Shown piece by piece: positions 6,622-12,153 of a stretch of 12,153 nucleotides of DNA (position 1 is the stretch's first letter; every line of letters starts with the position of its first letter). The stretch is from positions 1 to 12,153 of the forward strand of contig JAQTNI010000040.1 of assembly GCA_028713935.1 (NCBI GenBank). Direction: 5' to 3'. The notes beneath the pieces are model-generated. The model made no database searches. It was not told where the DNA came from and saw only the letters and a list, made by a program, of their open reading frames with translations. The translations under genes were made by a program, and so were the position numbers. This DNA is from Candidatus Iainarchaeum sp. (GTDB taxonomy: Archaea > Iainarchaeota > Iainarchaeia > Iainarchaeales > GCA-2688035).

Positions 6622-7590
6622 TCAAACCAAATGATTGTAATATTTTGCATCCGCGGTATTCTTTATTGAGCCGTTCTTAATTGCCTCGACCATTTCTTTC
6701 ACGCCGTCTTTAAGGGTTCTCTTTGCCCTGAAACCGAGAATTTTTTGGATCTTGTCAAAATTCACATTATAGCTTCTCGGGTCGTCTATTTCATCGACAG
6801 AATCGACCTTCACTGAAGGATACAATTCTGAAATAACCTGCCCGATCTGCTTAATGAGATAATTTTCTTCAGTGCTTCCCACATTAAAAATTTCTCCAGC
6901 GACTTTTTCAACAGGGGATTCAACTGCAAGGGAAATCGCATCAACAATGTCTGAAACATGCACAAAAGGCCTCCATTGATTCCCGCCAAAAATGCTTATT
7001 TTTCCTTCAGTTGCCGCCTTCATTGAAAGGGTATTGACTACAAGGTCAAAGCGCATTCTCTGTGAAAGCCCGTAAACAGTGCCGAAGCGGAGAATTGTCG
7101 GGTTAAAAACACTGTTTGAAAGCACTCTCAATGTCCTTTCGCTGTAAAGCCTTGTTATTGCATAAAGGGAAACAGGGTTAAGGCTTGATTCTTCGGTAAG
7201 CTGCTGGGAATTTGAAAAACCATAAACGCTGCAGGTAGAGGAAAAAATAAACCGCCTGATTTTTTTCTTCTTGCACAAATGCGCTATTTTAAGAGTGGCG
7301 TCAAAATTTGTCTTTCTCGCAAGCTCAGGGTTTTTCCTGCAAGCGGGGTCTCCCACAAGAGCCGCAAGGTGGATAACAGATTCATTATTGCCAATGGCTT
7401 TTGAAAAATCCTCCCCTGAATTAATGTCCCCTTTTACAAGCCTGAAATTCTTGTCTGAAAAATACTGTTTCAAAGGCTCTTCGCCAAAAAAAAGCCTGTC
7501 AAGCACAGTCACCTTATGGCCTTTTTCAAGAAGCTTGCCTGTAAGAACGCTTCCGATATAGCCTGCTCCGCCAGTTACAAGAATTTTCAT
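6622..7590 (-). CDS. NAD-dependent epimerase/dehydratase family protein (extended SDR) with an atypical YxxxR active-site motif
   Basis: MKILVTGGAGYIGS Rossmann N-terminus, HLAALVGDP, FSSTCSVYG and NPVSLYAITRLYSE. Start chosen at the ATG at 7590. The upstream in-frame ATG at 7647 would add 19 Phe-rich residues encoded by promoter-like A/T sequence. The stop lies 11 nt before the aminotransferase start. Confidence 0.85.
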   Translation of the reverse strand: MKILVTGGAGYIGSVLTGKLLEKGHKVTVLDRLFFGEEPLKQYFSDKNFRLVKGDINSGEDFSKAIGNNESVIHLAALVGDPACRKNPELARKTNFDATLKIAHLCKKKKIRRFIFSSTCSVYGFSNSQQLTEESSLNPVSLYAITRLYSERTLRVLSNSVFNPTILRFGTVYGLSQRMRFDLVVNTLSMKAATEGKISIFGGNQWRPFVHVSDIVDAISLAVESPVEKVAGEIFNVGSTEENYLIKQIGQVISELYPSVKVDSVDEIDDPRSYNVNFDKIQKILGFRAKRTLKDGVKEMVEAIKNGSIKNTADAKYYNHLV

Positions 7591-7613
7591 AAAAAAAAAC
7601 CATTTAATTGCTG

Positions 7614-7630
7614 AAATAATAAAAAATAAA
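7614..7630 (-). promoter_or_regulatory. A/T box (minus strand TTTATTTTTTATTATTT) about 25-40 nt upstream of the SDR ATG at 7590
   Basis: Its position fits an archaeal TATA box driving a leaderless or very short-leader transcript. No Shine-Dalgarno sequence precedes the ATG, which is preceded by T9 instead. Confidence 0.25.
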
Positions 7631-7675
7631 GCATTGGCAAAAACCATTAATAACTATGGCTCGGTTTTTGACAGA

Positions 7676-7710
7676 CAATAATTCAATAACATGTAAATAA
7701 TGAATTATTG
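7676..7710. repeat. Perfect 10-bp inverted repeat CAATAATTCA-N15-TGAATTATTG in the flippase/SDR spacer
   Basis: The arms at 7676-7685 and 7701-7710 are exact reverse complements. The loop contains the palindrome ACATGT. The confidence refers to the repeat existing, not to any function. Confidence 0.6.
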
Positions 7711-7742
7711 GATTTAAAATATGGATTTTTTCGAGAGATGTA

Positions 7743-9176
7743 TTATTTTACCATGTTGCCGAACACTGCGAAGTCTTTCTGGGAAAGCTCGCGGGAAATG
7801 AAAAGAATAATTGCGTACAATCCAAGCAGCCCGGCATAGAAAGGAATCAAAATCAGGCCGGAAACAGGAAAAAGGAAAAGCACAAGGAAAACAATTGCAG
7901 ACGCCAGAATTATCCTGAAGAACGCCTTTATTGAAATTAATGAGCCAAATTTTTTTGCAACAAAGGCAGCGGAAAGCAAAAAACCAACCAGCATGGAAAA
8001 CAGCGCGGAAAGAGCTGCGCCCTGCAGCGAAAGCAATGGCACCAGGAAAATGTTCAGAATCCAGCACAGGGCAACGCTTATTGCAATAAACAGCAATGGG
8101 AGCCTCGACCTGTCTGCGGCCGCAATTATTGCGGAAAGAAGCTGAAACAACGCAAAAAAAACAAATGCAAGCGAAAGCAGAACCATTGGTTCCGCCGCAA
8201 AAGAATATTTTTCAGAAAAAATAAGTTCAATGAGCTGCTTTGAAGAGGCCGCGAGAATTGCCGTGGAAAAGCCAAGGAAAAGAAGCGAATATCTGACAGA
8301 TTCCTTGATGTAAACCCTTGTTTTTTTAAGGTCATTTTTCTGCAATGCGCCCGCAACCAGGGGCAGCACAACAGTGCTTACTGAAAGAAGAAGAGCCGCA
8401 GGAACGCTTGCAACTGTGACTGAAATTGAAAAATTCCCTGCAAGAACATCCACATTAATTGATGAAACACTCAGTGCCTTTACTGCAAAAAGCCCGAGGC
8501 TCTGGAAAAGATTAAGCAAAAAAGCAGATGAAACAAGAGGGAGCGCGAAAAAAAGCAGCGGCCTTATATCAAGCCCGCTTTTGCTCTTCTTTACTGCGCT
8601 GAAGAAAAACCCGAACAAAACAGTCACAAGGCTTGCAAGCACAAAGCCAAGGACTGCGCCGGCAACCGCAAAACCCGCCAATACAAGAAGAATCATTGCG
8701 GCAAGCTTGAATGCATTGTAAAATATTCCGAAAAACGCAAGCCGCGGGAATTTTTTCAAGCCGTTAAAAACACCGTTTATTACGCAAAGCATCGGGTGAA
8801 AAAGCAGGACCAAAGAACTCAGCCTGAGAAACGGCACAATGCCCGCGTCTTTAAGGACAAAGCCCATAAAATCCGCGAGAGTGAAATAAATTGCGAAAAG
8901 GACAATTCCAAGGCAGAACTGGAAGAAAAGCATTTTTTTTCTTATCAGGAAGGCGTCTTCTTCGTTTGCAGCAATGAATTTTGAAACGGCCTGCTGTATC
9001 CCCACAGTCATTGAAGTGGTTATTATTGAAACAAGGGAAATTACAACCGCAAAAACTCCAAATTGTTCCGGAGAAAGAAGGAATCTTCCAAGTATCAGGT
9101 AAAGCAGGAAAGAACATGCAAAAAAAACAATGTTTGAAACAAAAAGCAAAAAAGTTCCGCGTTCGATTGAAGACAT
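7743..9176 (-). CDS. Oligosaccharide/polysaccharide flippase (Wzx-like, MOP superfamily)
   Basis: 477 aa with roughly 12-14 hydrophobic helices. The N-terminal pattern FLLFVSNIVFFACSFLLYLILGRFLSPEQFGVFAVVISLVSI is typical of polysaccharide biosynthesis protein / Wzx families. A short conserved cytoplasmic loop follows mid-protein. The gene starts 13 nt after the dehydrogenase stop. Confidence 0.8.
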   Translation of the reverse strand: MSSIERGTFLLFVSNIVFFACSFLLYLILGRFLLSPEQFGVFAVVISLVSIITTSMTVGIQQAVSKFIAANEEDAFLIRKKMLFFQFCLGIVLFAIYFTLADFMGFVLKDAGIVPFLRLSSLVLLFHPMLCVINGVFNGLKKFPRLAFFGIFYNAFKLAAMILLVLAGFAVAGAVLGFVLASLVTVLFGFFFSAVKKSKSGLDIRPLLFFALPLVSSAFLLNLFQSLGLFAVKALSVSSINVDVLAGNFSISVTVASVPAALLLSVSTVVLPLVAGALQKNDLKKTRVYIKESVRYSLLFLGFSTAILAASSKQLIELIFSEKYSFAAEPMVLLSLAFVFFALFQLLSAIIAAADRSRLPLLFIAISVALCWILNIFLVPLLSLQGAALSALFSMLVGFLLSAAFVAKKFGSLISIKAFFRIILASAIVFLVLFLFPVSGLILIPFYAGLLGLYAIILFISRELSQKDFAVFGNMVK

Positions 9177-9189
9177 AAAAACCAGTGAA

Positions 9190-10470
9190 TCAAGAGCCTA
9201 TGCCTTTGTACAAAATGCCTTTCGCAGTTATCCCTTTCTTGTCAAGGACATTCCTGCAGTCAACCACTATTTTTACATTATTCGCCTTCAGGAATTCAGG
9301 AGTCAATTTTTCAATAAACAGGGAGTGATGGGTGCACAGCACAACGCAGTCTGTTCCTTTCACTGCCTCCTCAAGGGAAGAAACAGTGCTCTGCTTTGGA
9401 ACAAATGGCTCAAAAATTTTCAGGTTTGCCTTTTTCTTTTTGAGCATTGAAACAATCTTTAAGCAGGGGCTTTCCCTCATATCATCAATGTTGGGCTTGT
9501 ATGCAAGCCCTAAGATGCATATTTTTGCGTCCTTGAAAGAAAGTTTTTTCTGTTTCAAAGCACGCCCGATAAGGGTGACTGAAAAAGACGGCATTGAATT
9601 GTTTATTTCCCTTGCCAGCCTGAGAAACCTGTGCTCAAAACCGCACTGCTTTGCCTTTGTAATGAGGTAATACGGGTCCTGGGCAATGCAATGCCCTCCA
9701 ACTCCAGGCCCGGGATAAAAAACCATGAAACCGAATGGCTTTGTTGATGCCCCCTTTATTACTTCCTGGAGGTCAATGCCCATTTTTTCAAAGCTTTTTG
9801 CAAGCTCATTGACATAAGCAATGTTAATGTCCCTGAAAGTATTTTCCACTACCTTTACTGCCTCTGCTTCCTTTACAGTTGAAAGAAGCGTTATTGGCGC
9901 GTTTATTATTGCCTTGTAAAAATCAAGCGCTTTTCTATTCCCCTCTTCCGAAGTGCAGGCAATTACTCTCGGGATATTTTCAAGTGTGAATTTTTTATTG
10001 CCGGGATCAATTCTTTCAGGGCAATGGCCAAGAAAAAAGTCCCTGTTGCATTTAAGCCCTGATTTTTCAAGAATCGGGAGGGCAATGTCCTCTGTTGTGC
10101 TGGGATAAATAGTTGATTCAATGATTACAAGTGAGCCTTTCTGCAAAAACCTTGAAACGGTCTTGCACGCGCTTTTCAATGGCTTTAAGTCAGGGCGGTT
10201 TTTTTCCGCAGGGGTTGGAACTGCAATAATAAAAATTTCCGTGCCAGGGAGGACATCAGAGGGATTTGTTGAAACCGAAATCCTGTTGAAAAGCAAAGGA
10301 AGTTTTTTTTCAAGAAACTCGTCATGAATCGGGCTTTTTCCCTGTTTGATTGCATTCACTCTTTCGGCATTAAGGTCAAAGCCTTTTACAACAAAGCCTT
10401 TTTCCGCAGAAAGGCAGGCAAGAGGCAGCCCGACATAGCCTAATCCTACAATTGAAACCCTGTCAGCCAT
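9190..10470 (-). CDS. Nucleotide-sugar 6-dehydrogenase, UDP-N-acetylhexosamine (WecC/WbpA/TviB)-type
   Basis: N-terminal VSIVGLGYVGLPLA (GxGxxG), AVPTP, ESTIYPSTTE, CPERIDPG, the catalytic-cysteine motif PGPGVGGHCIAQDPYYL, and a C-terminal GLAYKPNIDDMRESP UDP-binding domain. GGHCIxxDPYYL is, as I recall, the HexNAc-dehydrogenase variant rather than the Ugd-type GGSCxxKD. Confidence 0.9.
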   Translation of the reverse strand: MADRVSIVGLGYVGLPLACLSAEKGFVVKGFDLNAERVNAIKQGKSPIHDEFLEKKLPLLFNRISVSTNPSDVLPGTEIFIIAVPTPAEKNRPDLKPLKSACKTVSRFLQKGSLVIIESTIYPSTTEDIALPILEKSGLKCNRDFFLGHCPERIDPGNKKFTLENIPRVIACTSEEGNRKALDFYKAIINAPITLLSTVKEAEAVKVVENTFRDINIAYVNELAKSFEKMGIDLQEVIKGASTKPFGFMVFYPGPGVGGHCIAQDPYYLITKAKQCGFEHRFLRLAREINNSMPSFSVTLIGRALKQKKLSFKDAKICILGLAYKPNIDDMRESPCLKIVSMLKKKKANLKIFEPFVPKQSTVSSLEEAVKGTDCVVLCTHHSLFIEKLTPEFLKANNVKIVVDCRNVLDKKGITAKGILYKGIGS

Positions 10471-10491
10471 AAGCTAAATAATCAAAAAATT

Positions 10492-10500
10492 GTTTAAAAA
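10492..10500 (-). promoter_or_regulatory. TATA-like box (minus strand TTTTTAAAC) centred 26 nt upstream of the dehydrogenase ATG
   Basis: The 59-nt spacer has no Shine-Dalgarno-like purine run before the ATG at 10470. The box-to-ATG spacing matches archaeal TATA-to-TSS spacing and implies a leaderless mRNA. Confidence 0.4.
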
Positions 10501-10529
10501 TCCTTGTTATTTGAGGAATGTATCAGGCA

Positions 10530-11975
10530 TCACTGTTTCTTTTCAAAAATAAGCGCAAAACCATAATAGCCGTACAATGGAAATTTCAGCTGCTTTTTTT
10601 CGGCAAGAACAAAATTTTGCTTTACAAAAGAATCTATTGCTGGGTTTGCATCTGTAAATTCCCCTCCCCTTGAAAAAACAACTGCAATTTTTGTTTCAGG
10701 CCTTGAAAGCAACTGTATCTCTTCAGCAATAAAACTTTCAGGATACTGCACATCAGAATAAAAAAGCGCCTTTGCTGCCGGCATTCTCCCGCTTAAAAAA
10801 TAAAGCTCGGGGGAAGACTGCAAAACAAGGATTTTATTGTTTTCTGGAACCAGCCCCTGCACCTGGTAGGCAATTTCCCGTATTGAAGAAAAACCGTATT
10901 GCTGCTGCGAATAAATAAAAGCATACGAAACCCCCCCAAGCACCCCTGCAAAAAGAACAGCCAAAAGAAAAGCCCTGCAAACAAGGCCTTTTTCCCAGAA
11001 CAAAACAAAACAAAATCCCGAAAGAATTGCCAAAGCCGGAAGCAGAGGGATAAAATGCATGCAGCAGCCCAGCAAAGGAAGAAGCATGGCTGTGCTTCCC
11101 GCAAGCCAGAGCGTAAGAATAGCAAGAAGTGTTTTTTGCTCTTTTTTCAGGGCAATTTTTTTTGCCGAAACCGCAAGAAGCAGGACACAGGGAAGGATTA
11201 CTGCCGCAAGAAAAGGCAAAAATTTCAATGAAAGAATTACCCCGCCGTAATATCCGAGATTGGAGGCATGGAACAAAAAAAGATATTCCACAAAAAATGA
11301 AAAAGAATTTGTAAAAAAAAGAAATGCAAAAACAATTGCGGCAAGCAGAATTGACGGAATCAAAGCCGGAAGAAATTCAAAGAGCCCCTTTAGGCGGGAC
11401 TTCTGTGCCCGCATTTCATTGAAAAGGAAAAACAGGGAAAGCAAAACCGCAATTAAAACAGCGGTTTGCTTGAAGAAAACAGCTGCGGCAAGCGCAAGAA
11501 TCGAAACAGAAAGCCATTTTTTTGAATTTTTTTGCAAAAATTCAAGGTAAGAAAAAACAGAAAACAAAACAAGCAGCGAAACAAAGGGCTCGATTACAAA
11601 CCAGAAGCTTCCAAAAACAAGGCTTAAAAAAACAAAAAATGCCCCGGAAATTATTGCGCCTTTTTCCCCAAAAACCCTGTTTGAAACAAGCATTATCAAG
11701 GCAAGGGCCAGTATTCCAATTAACGCCATAAAAATTCTTGCAGTAAAAACAGTTGCGGGAAACACCGAAAAAAGCAATGCGCCAACAGAATAGATTCCAA
11801 TCGGCTTTGACTCAAAAAAACCGGAATACGGCGGCACTCCGTTTGAAAAAAGCCAGCCGCTTGTAAGATAAATTCCCTCGTCAAAAAAAGGCCTTGAATC
11901 GGAAAGCACAAAAAATAAGGCAAACAGCATTATTGCAAGCACGGCAAAACTCAAAAAGAAAAATTTTTTTTTCAA
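10530..11975 (-). CDS. GT-C fold membrane glycosyltransferase, PMT_2 / ArnT (GT39/GT83)-like, with a C-terminal soluble domain
   Basis: TM1 is followed by FFDEGIYL (DE codons at 11877-11882), then GVPPYSGFFESKPIG. This is the classic first-loop DE...Y...PY...KPP signature of polyprenyl-phosphate-sugar-dependent GT-C enzymes. About 11-12 helices are followed by a non-hydrophobic tail of about 115 aa. The TTG start overlaps the stop of the upstream GT2. Confidence 0.8.
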   Translation of the reverse strand: MKKKFFFLSFAVLAIMLFALFFVLSDSRPFFDEGIYLTSGWLFSNGVPPYSGFFESKPIGIYSVGALLFSVFPATVFTARIFMALIGILALALIMLVSNRVFGEKGAIISGAFFVFLSLVFGSFWFVIEPFVSLLVLFSVFSYLEFLQKNSKKWLSVSILALAAAVFFKQTAVLIAVLLSLFFLFNEMRAQKSRLKGLFEFLPALIPSILLAAIVFAFLFFTNSFSFFVEYLFLFHASNLGYYGGVILSLKFLPFLAAVILPCVLLLAVSAKKIALKKEQKTLLAILTLWLAGSTAMLLPLLGCCMHFIPLLPALAILSGFCFVLFWEKGLVCRAFLLAVLFAGVLGGVSYAFIYSQQQYGFSSIREIAYQVQGLVPENNKILVLQSSPELYFLSGRMPAAKALFYSDVQYPESFIAEEIQLLSRPETKIAVVFSRGGEFTDANPAIDSFVKQNFVLAEKKQLKFPLYGYYGFALIFEKKQ

Positions 11976-12153
11976 TCAACGCGCCCCTTTTTTTTAAAGC
12001 CGGAAAACCTTACCCTGAAGCTGCCTACAAAACAATCCTTTATTATATGCGGGATTACAACCCTTGAATCAGTGTCCTCAACCCATTCAACGGGAATTTC
12101 CTTTATTTTATAGCCCGCCATTATTGCAAGAAGCAATAATTCCGTGTCAAAAA
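11972..12153 (-). CDS. GT2 glycosyltransferase C-terminus (polyprenyl-phosphate sugar synthase, DPM1/ArnC/GtrB-like), 5' part outside the window
   Basis: My own translation of the minus strand from 12151 gives FDTELLLLAIMAGYKIKEIPVEWVEDTDSRVVIPHIIKDCFVGSFRVRFSGFKKKGRVD*. The motif FDTELL...GYKI.EIPV.W.ED..S is the conserved C-terminal block of this GT2 subgroup. This ORF is not in the supplied track because it is cut by the window edge. Confidence 0.7.
   Translation of the reverse strand, partial: FDTELLLLAIMAGYKIKEIPVEWVEDTDSRVVIPHIIKDCFVGSFRVRFSGFKKKGRVD

Noticed and set aside
7591-7647. A 19-codon N-terminal extension of the SDR (MVFANALFFIISAIKWFFF) that could be read as a membrane anchor
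   Set aside because: The extension is encoded by the A/T-rich promoter-like spacer, where T runs translate to Phe. The Rossmann motif MKILVTGGAGYIG almost always sits at the extreme N-terminus. I kept the ATG at 7590 as the start, but the longer form cannot be formally excluded.
7714-9117. Alternate-frame and antisense ORFs inside the flippase gene (7714-8067, 8126-8371, 8374-8721, 8796-8984, 8851-9117, 8981-9178)
   Set aside because: Each is short and compositionally skewed, and each is nested within the 477-aa multi-TM flippase ORF. None has independent support.
10793-11731. A cluster of Lys/Arg/Gln-rich ORFs (for example 10899-11231, 11260-11550 and 11522-11731 on the plus strand, and 10793-11125 on the minus strand) overlapping the GT-C gene
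   Set aside because: These are reverse-strand or alternate-frame readings of a Phe/Leu-rich membrane protein gene, which automatically give K/R/E-rich pseudo-proteins. The in-frame GT-C ORF carries the diagnostic DE...KP loop motif.
1-12153. Search for a CRISPR array, IS/transposase ends, integrase, tRNA or rRNA, toxin-antitoxin or defence-system genes
   Set aside because: I saw no repeat-spacer periodicity, no terminal inverted repeats flanking a transposase-like ORF, and no cloverleaf-capable spacer (the largest spacer is about 150 nt and AT-rich). No ORF has nuclease, ATPase or defence hallmarks. The window is fully explained by glycan-biosynthesis genes plus the PurH-like gene.

Overview
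AT-rich window, densely packed with nine complete and two edge-truncated protein genes. I found no rRNA, tRNA, CRISPR array or recognisable mobile element. Almost every gene belongs to cell-surface glycan or lipid-linked sugar biosynthesis: two extended-SDR epimerase/dehydratase-type enzymes, a UDP-HexNAc-type nucleotide-sugar dehydrogenase, a DegT-family aminotransferase fused to a small GNAT acetyltransferase, a Wzx/MOP-type flippase, a class I SAM methyltransferase, two GT2 polyprenyl-phosphate-sugar-synthase-like transferases (one ALG5-like) and two polytopic GT-C (PMT_2/ArnT-like) membrane transferases. The odd member is a divergent PurH-like (AICAR formyltransferase / IMP cyclohydrolase fold) gene, placed 3-9 nt downstream of one GT-C gene on the same strand. 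Genes form tight, partly overlapping co-directional blocks separated by short AT-rich spacers. The spacers carry TATA-like boxes about 26-32 nt upstream of start codons, and most genes lack a Shine-Dalgarno sequence. This suggests an archaeal (DPANN-like) host, but a CPR bacterium cannot be excluded from sequence alone. The points most worth follow-up are: the PurH-like gene inside a glycan operon with degenerate cyclohydrolase and ribotide-binding motifs; Arn-pathway-like logic of the whole locus, with two GT2 + GT-C modules; the aminotransferase-GNAT fusion; an SDR whose catalytic YxxxK reads YxxxR; and a perfect 10-bp inverted repeat in the main internal spacer. All family assignments come from motif recognition by eye. 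No database or HMM search was possible.
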